Origin: Malacoraja senta
Taxonomy: Eukaryota
Assembly: GCA_038087875.1 (NCBI GenBank)
Contig: JAXLNO010001275.1
Location: 186,001 to 250,000 of the forward strand
Reading direction: 5' to 3'
Length of the DNA stretch: 64,000 bases
How positions within the stretch are numbered: position 1 is the stretch's first letter; the number at the start of each line of letters is the position of its first letter. Below are positions 1 to 10,800 of the stretch, in pieces. Under the pieces are notes generated by a model that made no database searches, was not told the origin of the DNA, and worked only from the letters and a program-made list of their open reading frames with translations. Position numbers and translations under genes: made by a program.

Positions 1-410
1 CACCACTCTCTGTGTGAAAACGTTTTTCCTCATCTCGGTCTTAAAGGATTTCCCCCTTATCCTTAAGCTGTGACCCCTTGTCCTGGACTTCCCCAACATC
101 GGGAACAATCTTCCTGCATCTAGCCTGTCCAACCCCATAAGAATTTTGTACGTTTCTATAAGATCCCCTCTCAATCTCCTAAATTCTAGCGAGTATAAGC
201 CAAGTCTATCCAGTCTTTCTTCATATGATAGTCCTGACATCCCAGGAATCAGTCTGGTGAACCTTCTCTGCACTCCCTCTATGGCTATAATGTCCTTCCT
301 CAGATTTGGAGACCAAAACTGTACGCAATACTCCAGGTGTGGTCTCACCAAGACCCTGTACAACTGCAGTAGAACCTCCCTGCTCCTATACTCAAATCCT
401 TTTGCTATGA
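1..410 (-). mobile_element. CR1 LINE 3' fragment (RT C-terminal region)
   Basis: Reverse complement matches the LYRVLVRPHLEYCVQFWSP...LGLYSLEFRRLRGDL region of the + strand CR1 copies at 20936-21571 and 29234-30250. Confidence 0.9.
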
Positions 411-419
411 TGGACCAAC

Positions 420-1060
420 CACATTGAAGGAACAGCCAAGAAGGCACACCAATGCCTCCATTTCCTCAGACGACTGAGGAAATTTGGTATGTGTCCAATG
501 ACTCTTACCAACTTCCATAGATGCACCATAGAAAGCATATTATCAGGTTACGTCACAGCTTATTTTCAGAATAGCTTTTCCCAAGACCACAAGGTATTGC
601 AGAGAGGTGTGGATGTAGCACAGTCCATCACACAGACCAGACTGCCCATCATTGTCTCCATTTACACTTCCTGCCTCTTCAGGAAGACAGCCAACATAGT
701 CAAAGACCTTTCTCACACTAGTGATTCCTTTTTTCTCCACTTCCATCAGGCAGAAGATGCAGAGCTTAAAGGTGTAGAGCACCAGACACAGGAACAGCTT
801 CTTCTCCTCTGTTATCAGGCTTTTGAATGTTCCATGTGCTAGGACCCATTCCCAATTCCCCTTTACCTCAATATGGCCATTGGATTTTGTCTCTGGAACT
901 GTTGTACAATAATGTTGAGAGCTATATTCTTCACTCTGTATCTTATCCTTCAGTCTGCCTATTGTACTGGCGTTTCGCTTGATAGTATTTATGTATACAA
1001 CAGCAAACACAATGCTTTTCACCGTACCTTGATACACATCACAATACCAAACCTAAAGCT
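420..1060 (+). mobile_element. Rex1/Babar-type (L2-group) LINE 3' fragment
   Basis: Degenerate KKAHQxLxFLRRLRKFGM...LTNFxRCTIESILSG motifs followed by the family 3' tail (cttttcaccgtacc...acaata). The same family occurs at 17940-18590 and 45330-45830. Confidence 0.75.
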
Positions 1061-1089
1061 AAACCTTAAATGGTGGATTATTGTCTAAA

Positions 1090-1730
1090 TGGAGAGAGAC
1101 TGTAACTGAGTGAAGTTCAGATGGGATCTTGGTATTCAAGTGCATGCATCAAATTAAGTTAGTAGCAGGCCCAGTAACCAATGGAAAAAATGCAGTCTTT
1201 ACTGCAAAGGGGATGGAATTTAAGAACAGGGAAGTTATATTGGAATTATGCAGGATGATAGTGAGTCAATAACTGGAAAACCGCACACAGTTTAACATTA
1301 AAAAGGGTATAGGAGCATTGGATGCAGACCAGGTGAAATTCACCAAACAAAGCAAGAGATGAAAAGGTTGTCCCATCAAGAGCGGTAAACACTTTAGGTC
1401 TGCATTCCTTGGAGTGTAGAAAGTGATGAGTGACCTTATTCACACATGCAATATCTTAAGGGGCTTTTCATGATAGATGTTGAGATGTTTCACTGGTGGG
1501 AAAGTCTAAAAACAATGGGAAACAACTACAGAATAAGGGACCAGTTGTTTAAAACTGAGGTACATAAAAATTACTTCTTTCAGAAGGGTGTGAATCGCTG
1601 GAATTCTGTGCCCAGAGGTGGTGGTGGCTAAGGCATTAGATATGCTTATGAACAGATAGAGAAAGCTTTGAATGATTCAGGCAATTGAGGGTTTTGGGGT
1701 AATGGAACAGAGGAGGAGTAGTCCACTCCT
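1090..1730 (+). mobile_element. Old degenerate CR1 LINE fragment
   Basis: Decayed homology to the CR1 RT C-terminus and 3' region (e.g. HNYRIRxxxFKTE, FFQKGVNRWNSVP). Confidence 0.7.
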
Positions 1731-1809
1731 GCTATTTTTACTTGTGTTGTTGACGATTACCCTCATGAATAAAGTTAGAACTTGCAACCAACATTTCAAT
1801 CAGAGGGGC

Positions 1810-3790
1810 CTCAGAGTGGCACAGCAGTGGAGTTACTTCCTTGCAGTAACTGTGACTCAGGTTTGATCCTGACTAAGGGTGCTGTCTGTACCAACTTTGT
1901 ATGTTCTCTCTGTGACTGCATGGGTTTTCCCCTGGTGCTTCGGTTTCCTCCCAGTTCCAAAGACCTGCAGGTTTATAGGTTAATTGGTATCTGTAAATTG
2001 TCCCATGTGTATAGGATAGAACTGTGTAGGCAGCACGGTGATGCAAAGGGGTGGCACGGAGTAGCAGCGGTAGAGTTGCTACCTTGCAGTGGCAGAGACC
2101 CAGGTTTGATCCTGACCATGGGTGCTGTATGTATGGATTTTTTAACGTTCTCCCCGTGACCTGTGTGGGTTTTCTCTGGGGGTTCCAGCTTCCTCCCACT
2201 CTCCAAAGACATGCCGGTTTGCAGGTTATTTGGCCCCAGGTGTGTGTAGGATAGTGTTACTGTGGGGGGATCACTGGTCAGCACAGACTCAGTGGGCCTA
2301 AGGGCCTGTTTCAAGGCTGTACCTCTAAACCAAATTAATCTAAGGAGCTGAGGCCAACTGAACAGTGATAATTTTATTGAATGGTGGGACAAGTTTGGTG
2401 ACTATTCTCAGGGGCTGATAGCCAACTACTGTTCTATTTCCTCCTGTTCTTGATAGTTCCCCTCATGGAGGAAACTAGACCTTGGAGGCCTAGGTTTCAA
2501 ACTGAGGAGAAAATCGTTTTATTTTTCTCCCAGATGATAACGAATGGTGGGAATTTTGAACTGCAGATTGTAGATTCATTACGTTACTGAGAAGGATGGA
2601 TTTGTTTCTTTGGGAAGTTGTGGGTTACTGGCTACAGACTCTTCTGGTCATGAGTAGATCAGTCATGACCTAATTGAGCTGCAGAACAGACTTTACTCGT
2701 GGCCAACAAATACTTCATTTTTCTTTGTTCAGCAAATTAGTTCAGCACTATCCGAGCAAAATTAAAAGCATTTTTAAAAATGCAGACTTAAATCTGGTGT
2801 AGTGAGGGAGAAACACAGACATCTTTGGGTTGATTGAAATGATTTTGATTAAGAGCTGAAAATTAAAATGAATAGAAATTAACATTTTGACATTAGACAT
2901 CAGAGGCACATCACGGAAGCAGGCCCTTCGGCCCACCGAGTCCTCGCTAATTCCCCGTACAATAGTACTATACAACGACAGGTGACAATTTACAATTTTA
3001 CCAAAGCAAGTTAACCTAAAAACCTGTACTTCTTTGAGATGTGGGAGGAAACTGGAGCACCCAGAGAAAAACAATGCCATCACGCATGGAGATGCAGGGA
3101 GAATGTACAAACACTGTACAGACAGCACCGTTAGTCAGAATCGACCCGAGTCTCGGCTGCTATAGGCAGCAACTCTACCGTTGCAACACTGAGGATATCT
3201 TGAATTACAAAAGCAATATTTTGGGCTCATCACCAACCATACAAGCACCTGCATTCTTTATATGGTACATTAATATGGAGTTTATTGCATTGAAACAGGC
3301 CCACAAGCCTGCCCTGTTGTTCAATACAATCCCTCAGTCATTTCTGATCTGGTTTGATTAGGATGCAAATAAAAGCTTTTCACTATATCACAATACAAGT
3401 GACAATAATAAACCAATACCAATGCTATTGTGTAAGTTCTCCCCATATATGATAGATAGATCCTTGATAAATTTGTAGACACCATCGCCGTCTATATCCA
3501 CCACCATTTGCTGCACAGTTTCAATGTCCAAACTAGCTTCCAATATAACTGTGTTACAGAATTCCATTTTGAGTTGAAAAATACAACATGGAAACAGGCC
3601 CTTCAGCCCATCATGCTGACCACCGATCACCCCTTCACACTAGTTCAATGTTATCCCACTTTTTTGTCCAATCCCCACACACACTAGGGGAAATTTACAG
3701 ATGTGAATTAACTGACAAACCCACACACCTGTGGAATGTGGGAGAAAACCAGAGCACCCGGGAAGAACCCAGGTGGTCACAGGAAGAAGG
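1810..3790. mobile_element. Cluster of tRNA-derived V-SINE/HE1-like SINEs (+ copies about 1810-1990 and 2052-2340; - copies about 2880-3190 and 3560-3790)
   Basis: tRNA-like head, central ttctccccgtgacc...gggtttcctc...ctccggtttcctcccaca domain and CR1-like tail gggccgaagggcctgtttc...tatctctaaac. Many further copies occur across the window (e.g. 24120-24410, 48470-48740). Confidence 0.85.
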
Positions 3791-3807
3791 AACAAAATCT
3801 ATACAGT

Positions 3808-4010
3808 AGCTAGACAAAAATGCTGGAGAAACTCAGGGGGTGAGGCAGCATCTATGGAGTGAAGGAATAGTTTGGGGTCAAGACCCTTCTTGGAGGGTTT
3901 CGACCGGAAACGTTGCCTATTCCTTTGCTCCATAGATGCTGCCTCACCCGCTGAGTTTCTCCAGCATTTTTGTCTACCTTCGATTTTTCCAGCATCTGCA
4001 GTTTTTTCTT
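3808..4010. repeat. Fold-back (palindromic) Penelope terminal-repeat derivative
   Basis: Left arm agacaaaaatgctggagaaactcagg...aggaatag is the reverse complement of the right arm ctattcct...ctgagtttctccagcatttttgtct. Similar hairpins occur at 4290-4460, 31070-31255 and 47000-47130. Confidence 0.8.
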
Positions 4011-4573
4011 AAAGAAAATCTACACAGACAATACCAGAGGTCAGGATCTAACGCTGGTCTCTGGTGCTGTGAGGCAGCAGCTCTACCAGCTGTGGACAGT
4101 GTTTGGTTTCCTCCTTTTTGTTCTGCATTGTAATGATTCAAGTCAGGATAGGCATTGGATTTATGGGTCTCCTGAATCATAACATAAGGAGCAGTTAGCA
4201 GCATAAGAATGGAGCATTACCTCAAACGCAATTACAGTTCCAGGCAACTACGCCCTGCCTTTCCATTCCATTTGCTATAGAGTGCGATAAAACCAAAGTG
4301 CTGGAGTAACTCAGCAGGTCGGGCAACATCTCTGGAGGACATTGACAGGCGCTGTTTCAGATTGGGACCCTACTTCAGACTGACAATAGTCACCTATCCT
4401 TTTTCTCCAAAGATGCTGCTCGACCCGTTGAGTTACTCCAGCGCTTTGTGTCTATCGTCACCTATCTATGCCCTCCGGAGTTGCCACCTGACCTGTTGAG
4501 TTACACCAGCACTTTGTGTCTTTTGTTGTTGTAAATCAGCATCAGCACCTCCTCATGTCTCCATTGCAGTCAA

Positions 4574-4645
4574 TTGTTTCCTGCTGGTTCAATGACATCG
4601 CTCGACAACTGGTGACGACCCGTGGTATTTTTATTCTGATTGCAT
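4574..4645 (+). promoter_or_regulatory. SXY-like MHC promoter module (X1/X2-like and imperfect Y box)
   Basis: CTCGACAACTGGTG (4601-4614, X1-like CAACnGnTG core), TGACG (4613-4617, X2/CRE half-site) and CTGATTGC (4636-4643, Y-box-like with one mismatch). The X-to-Y spacer is 21 bp and the module ends about 65 bp before the ATG. Confidence 0.45.
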
Positions 4646-4708
4646 GATGAGATCCTGCTTTGATGTTTGGCTCAGTTGCTGCTGTTGATGTGAGAGGTTG
4701 TGCGTGAA

Positions 4709-4760
4709 ATGATTCTGTTCATCTTGTTGAGTTTCTTCCGCGTACAAGGGGCTCAAGCAG
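4709..4760 (+). CDS. MHC class I-like gene, exon 1 (signal peptide MILFILLSFFRVQGAQA + phase-1 G)
   Basis: ATG at 4709, 17 codons with a hydrophobic core and an A-Q-A cleavage-type end, strong donor CAG|GTAAGT at 4761. Phase 1 joins the alpha1 exon in frame (G+GG = Gly). The surrounding sequence is locally CpG-rich. Confidence 0.85.
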
Positions 4761-5120
4761 GTAAGTTAATGATTCTCATTTTATTCGCTACTGGGTAAAA
4801 GCGTCTTGGCTTTATCTCAATCTTGACCGGAGGCGACTGAGTTTAAAAAGCGCGCAATACACATTCAATCTGGTTCATGGTTCATGCGGACGTTAAAAGG
4901 GTTTAATCTTCACTGTTTCAGTACAATCCAGGTGGAATTTCTGCATTGATTTGCACAATGCATCATTTCCTTTGTGGAAGAAGGAACTGCAGATATTGGT
5001 TTAAACTGATTTTAACTTGTGTAAAACAAACAGGAGCGACGCGGTTTGAAACAAAAACATCTTTGATTTCAAGTTGTTATTGTAAGAATGGGAATACAAT
5101 GTGGGAGAGGCGGGAAAGGG

Positions 5121-6500
5121 CTGTGCCTGCCTCTTTGTTGCGTCCGTCGAACAATCACTGTTCCAGACGTACACTGGCCCGATCCCCGAACTCTATCTCC
5201 GCTACATTGACGACTGCATTGATGCTACTTCCTGCTCCCATGCAGAACTCACTGACTTCATCAACTTCACCACCAATTTCCATCCTGCACTCCAATTCAC
5301 TTGGACCATCTCCGACATCTCCCTACCGTTTCTAGATCTCACCATCTCCATAACAGGAAACATACTATTGACCGACATCTACTACAAACCTACTGACTCC
5401 CATAGCTATCTGGACTACACTTCTTCCCACCCTGCTTCCTGTAAAGACTGTATCCCGACTACCACTTCCTCTGTCTACGCAGCATCTGCGCCCAGGATGA
5501 GGTTTTTCTTTTCCAGGGCATCGGAGATGTCCTCATTCTTTAGGAAACTGGGGTTCCCTTCTTCCATTATAGATGAGGCACTCACTAGGGTTTCCTCGAT
5601 GCTCCGCTCTTACTCTCCCAACCCCCCCCCCCCCCATTCGTACCAAGGACAGAGTCCCCCTTGTCTTCACCTTCCACCCCATCAGCCATCGCACAGCATA
5701 TGATCCTCCATCATTTTTGCCACCTCCAAAAGGATCCCAATACTGGCCACATCTTCCCATCTCCACCTCTTTCTGCTTTCCGTGGAGACCGTTCCCTCCG
5801 AAATTCCCTGGTCAACTCGTCCTTTTCCACCCAAACCACCCCCTCCCCAGGTACTTTCCCTTGCAACCGCAGGAGATGCAACACATGTCCCTTTCCCTCC
5901 CCTCTCGACTCCATCCAAGGACCCAAACAGTCTTTCCAGGTGAGGCAGAGGTTCACTTGCACCTCCTCCAACCTCATCTACTGCATCCGCAGTTGCAGGT
6001 GTCAACTTCTCTACATCAGCGAGGCCAAGCACAGGCTCGGCAATCATTTCACTGAACTACTCCGTTCTGTCCATCTTAACCTACCTGATCTCCTGGTTGC
6101 TCAGCACTTCAACTTCCCCTCCCATTCACAATCTGACCTTTCTGTCCTGGGCCTCCTCCATGGTCAGAGTGAGGCCCAGTGCAAATTGGAGGAACAGCAC
6201 CTCATATTTTGCTTGGGTAGTTTACACCCCAGCTGTATGAACATTGACTTCTCTAACTTTAAATATCCCTTGCGTTCCCTCTCTATCCCCTCCCCTTCCC
6301 AGTTCTCCCACTAGTCTTAGTGTCTTCAACTACATTCTATCTTTGTCCCGTCAACTCCCCTGAAATCAGTCTGAAGAAGGGTCTCGACCCGATAGGTCAC
6401 CCATTCCTTCTCTCCAGAGATGCTGCCTGCCTGCTGAGTTACTCCAGCATTTTGTGTCTACCTTTGAGTTAAACCAGCATCTGCAGTTCTTTCTTACACA
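5121..6500 (+). mobile_element. 5'-truncated Penelope-like element (RT C-terminus, GIY-YIG endonuclease, terminal repeat)
   Basis: ORF 5101-5703 has YLRYIDD, LPFLD and YYKPTDSHSYLDYTSSHP. ORF 5661-6314 has a GIY-YIG-like domain (SSNLIYCIR...LLYISE). These are followed by the ctgaagaagggtctcgaccc terminal repeat. Frameshifted. Confidence 0.9.
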
Positions 6501-6656
6501 AAGTGCATTGTTTGACAGGTTCATGTTTATGGTCAAATGTGGGAAGAGAGTGAGGCACTAGTACAATGCGAAATCAATAAACGATTAGCACACACTGTGG
6601 TTTTGTTATTGATTGAGTGACAACTCTTAGCTCCAAACGTGCGGTCGTCACGTTTA

Positions 6657-7850
6657 CATGGTTTATTAATGATTTGGATAAGGGGATTGAATGTTTTGTG
6701 TCCAAGTTTGCAGATGATGCTAAAATAGGTGGAGGGGCAGGCAGTGCAGAGGAAGCAAGGACTTTGCAGAAGGACTTGTTCGGGTTAGGAGAGTGGGCAG
6801 AGAAGTGGCAGATGAAATCCAGTATAGCAAAGTGTGGGAGACATGCATTTGGTAATAAGAATAAAGGTGTAGATTATTTTACAAATGGAGGGAGAATCCA
6901 GAAATCGGAGGCACATAGTGACATGGGAGTGTTGGTGCAGGACTCCCAAAAAGGTTAATTTGCTAATTGAATCGGTAGTCAGGAAGGTGATTTATATCAA
7001 GAGGACTGGAATACAAAAACAGAAATGTCATTCTGAGGCTTCAAAAGCGCTGGTCAGGCCACATTTGGAGTACAGTGTGCAAATTTGGGCCCCCTATCTG
7101 AGGAAGGATGTGCTGGCTCTGGTTCAGAGGTTGTTTACAAGAATAATTCCATGAATGAGTGGGTTAGCATATGATGATAGTTTGACAGCACTGAGCCTCT
7201 ACTCGTTGGAGGTAAGAAGGTTGAAGGGGGAACCTCATTGAAACTTACAGAATAATGAAAGGCAAAGATAGAGTGGATGTGGAAAGGATGTTTCCACTGG
7301 TGGGTGAGTCTAGGACCAGAGGTCATAGCCTCAGAATTAAAGGGTGCTCTTTTAGAAAAGAGGTGAGGAGGAATTTCTTTAGTCAGAGGGTAGTTAATCT
7401 GTGGAACTCATTGCCACAGAGGGCTGTGGAGGCCAAGTTGGTGGATATTTTTAAGGCAGAGATCGACAAATTCTTGATTAGAACGGGTTATCATGGGGAG
7501 AAGGCAGGAAAATGGGATTAGGAGGCACAGATCAGCCATAATGGAATGGTGGTGTAGACTCGATGGGCCGAATGGCCTAATTCTACTCCTGTAATGTGAA
7601 CGTGTACAGGTTAGGAGAGTGGGCAGAGAAGTGGCAGATGAAATCCAGTATAGCAAAGTGTGGAGACGTGCATTTTGGTAATAAGAATAAAGGCGTAGAT
7701 TATCTTACAAATGGAGAGAGAATCCAGAAATCGGAGGCACACAGTGACATGGGAGTGTTGGTGCAGGACTCCCAAAAAGGTTAATTTGCAAATTGAATCG
7801 GTAGTCAGGAAGGTGATTTATATCAAGAGGACTGGAATACAAAAACAGAA
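6657..7850 (+). mobile_element. CR1 LINE 3' fragment with a duplicated segment (7605-7850 repeats about 6775-7025)
   Basis: SKFADDAKIGG and RTRGHSLRIKG...RVVNLWNSLP motifs with the CR1 tail. The second segment shares the same internal deletion as the first. Confidence 0.85.
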
Positions 7851-10800
7851 AATGCCGCCCGATTTGTAAGAGTGTCAAAGGTCACAGGGAGATGACAGGA
7901 GAACGGCACTGAGAGGTAACGATAGGTCAGCCATGATTAAATTGTGGAGTAAACTCGATGGGCTGAACAACCAAATTCTGCATCTTTGACTTATGAAGTG
8001 AGTCAAAGTTCAGAACATGAGGGATGATCTTTTTATTTCTCCCCAGACTGGTGTGTCTGGAACCAAAATTCACAGTTTAAAAATAAGGGTTCAGACATTC
8101 TTATGGCACCAAAACATGGTGACCCTTGTGTATTGTCTAGGTTAGGTCTGCTATATGATTTTACCGTTGTATGCGAAACGAAGCATTTTACTGTAACTAG
8201 GTGCATGTGACAATAAAATATCATTGAATTCAGTGCAGTAATGAGATGAAATCTTTTCACCCAGAGGGTAATTAGTCTTTCAAATTCTCTGTCCAAGAAG
8301 GCTGTGGGCATTCAGTCAATCAGATGCTTGAGGCAGGGATAGGAAGATGCTTGGATACAAAAGGAATCCAGAATTCGGTAAAATGGTGGTCTGCTAGAGG
8401 ATCGGTTATGATCTTATATAATATCAGAGATTGGGAACAAAGGATGAATGGCAACATTTTGCTGATGTTAGGTTTGATCCCACTCCACAAGAGAGTCCAG
8501 AAGGAAAGAGAGTATAGAATGTTCAATTGTCATATGTGCTGACTACAAAACAATGACATTCATGTAGCAGACCTGTAAGACAATACAAATAGATAACATA
8601 CTAAAAATCCAGTTAATTGATAATCCCAATACATGTGCGAATACACCGCAAATGCTTAGTTTAACCAAAGACAGTCCTCCATAGGTCTACAGGGTCCGAC
8701 TCGACACTTTACCTATCCATGCTGCCTGATCTGCTGAGTTACTCCAACACTTTATTTTGTTCATTAATCATAGCTGAGTTTAGTGTAGTTCAGGGTTCAA
8801 TATACGGGAAGATTTTAATGATCACATTCCAACACGCATCTCCAGAGCCAAACAAAACAATGACATTCTCCTTTGATGGTAATAATCTAATTTGGTGAAA
8901 GGGGAAACAGGCTTAGATATAAAGAATAACATTTATAGCAGTTCCAATGTAGGAAAATGCTTCAATGAGATTCGTAAGAATATTATTCTGTAACATTTTA
9001 CTTCAAGCAGTATAATGGCATGACATGACAATTAGCAAAATAAACATTTAAGGTGCATCTTAAAGGAAGGGATATTTAGAGAGCAATTCTATGACTTAGG
9101 CCTGCTCTTCAGATGAAATACTTAAATTTGTGAATAATCAGGAAGTTATACTGCCCGGTTCATCGTGGGTTCTGACCTCACCACCATCTAAGGGATCCAC
9201 ACGAGACGCTGCCTCAAAAAGGAAGGCAACATCATCCCCCTGGCCACGCTTTCATTACCTCCCACCATGGGGAAGAAAGTATAGGTGTTTGAAAACCATG
9301 ACCTCCAGGTTCAAAAATAGCTTCTTCCCAACAACTATCATGCACTTGAACGCTACACAACGCTAACCTCAACTGTGAAATTGTATGGACTGTATGCATG
9401 CCGAGGGAGGAGCTGCGTAGGAAGGAACTGCAGATGCTGGTTTAAACCGAAGATAGACACAAAATGCTGGAGTAACTCAGCGGGTCCGACAGCGACTCTG
9501 GAGAAAAGGAATAGGTAGCGTTTCAGGTCGAGACCATTCTTCAGACTGATAGTCAGGGGAAAGCGAAACGAGAGATACAGGGGGTGATATAGAGATATAT
9601 AAGAACAAATGATTGAAAGATTTGCTTTGAATGAAAGAGCTGTTGGTCTTACATATTTAAATACAATGATCAGAGTTTAAAATCTGAATATTATTCAATC
9701 AGAAAGATGATGGGTGAATGGGATGGAGCAAGTTAGCACAATGATGACAAAGTCTGAAGAAGGGCCTCAATCTGAAACATCACCCATTCCTTCTCTAGAG
9801 ATGCTGCCTGTCCCACTGAGTTATTCCAGCATTTTGTGTCTATTGCTAAGTGCTGGAGTAACTCAGCTGGTCAGGCAGCATCTCCGGAGAACGTGGAGAG
9901 ATGACGTTTAGGGTAAACACCCTTCTACAGAGTGAAGAAGGGGTCTTGACCCGAAACATCTATCCATCATCACATATCCATGTTCTCCAGGGATGCTGCC
10001 GGACCCACTAAGGTGCTCCAGCACTTTGCATCTCTTTGTGAACCAACATTTGTAGTTCCTTGTTTCTACAGTGTAAATTGACTGTCATTTGTAGGTAAGT
10101 GATAGAATCTGGAGAGAGATGATGGGAATTTGCAGAGAATAAGAATGGGTTGGTCAAGAGCAAGAGTTTAATTGTCATCTGTACTGGCAATGGAACAATG
10201 ACATTCTTACACGTATTAAATATGGTATAATTAATTAATATTAGTTATACTAGGTAACCAGACCATAACAGTGGAAAAACAAAACGTCCTTACTGCAACC
10301 AAAATAAAGTCCATCACAGATCAGAGTTGTTGAGGTAAGGTTGTGGTTAGTTTTGTGCAGTGTTTAAATCCCTGCTGCTCATGAGAAAAAAGCTACTCTT
10401 AAACCTGGAGCTAACAGTTCTCAGGCTCTCTAACCTCAGAGGCAGTTGATTGGTTCAACGGTATTTTATATGTGGCAAGTACCGAGGTACAGTGAAATTC
10501 ATTTTTGTATACAGTTTAGTACAAGTATCACTATACATAAGTCCTTAGATACATCTTAGATAAGCATCTCAGATACAGTATAAGTGTATAGCAGTAGTAC
10601 GCTGAGACAGTATACAGTGTCGCCAGTTTTTGGTGCCTTTTTCATGTCCCAGTTGTTGTAAGTGAGGGTTCTTGGCCTGACCATGAGGCCCATTGTCCTG
10701 GTGTTGTTGCAGGGTTGACCTGTCCAATCGAAGCTGTGGTGTCCTCTACTGCTGCAGGGCGCAACTGGTCCATGTGCCCGGCCTCTTGGAGCAGCACCTG

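Noticed and set aside
4880-4945. ISRE- or kB-like words in intron 1 (cttcactgtttc, ggaatttc)
   Set aside because: Only partial matches to consensus, expected by chance.
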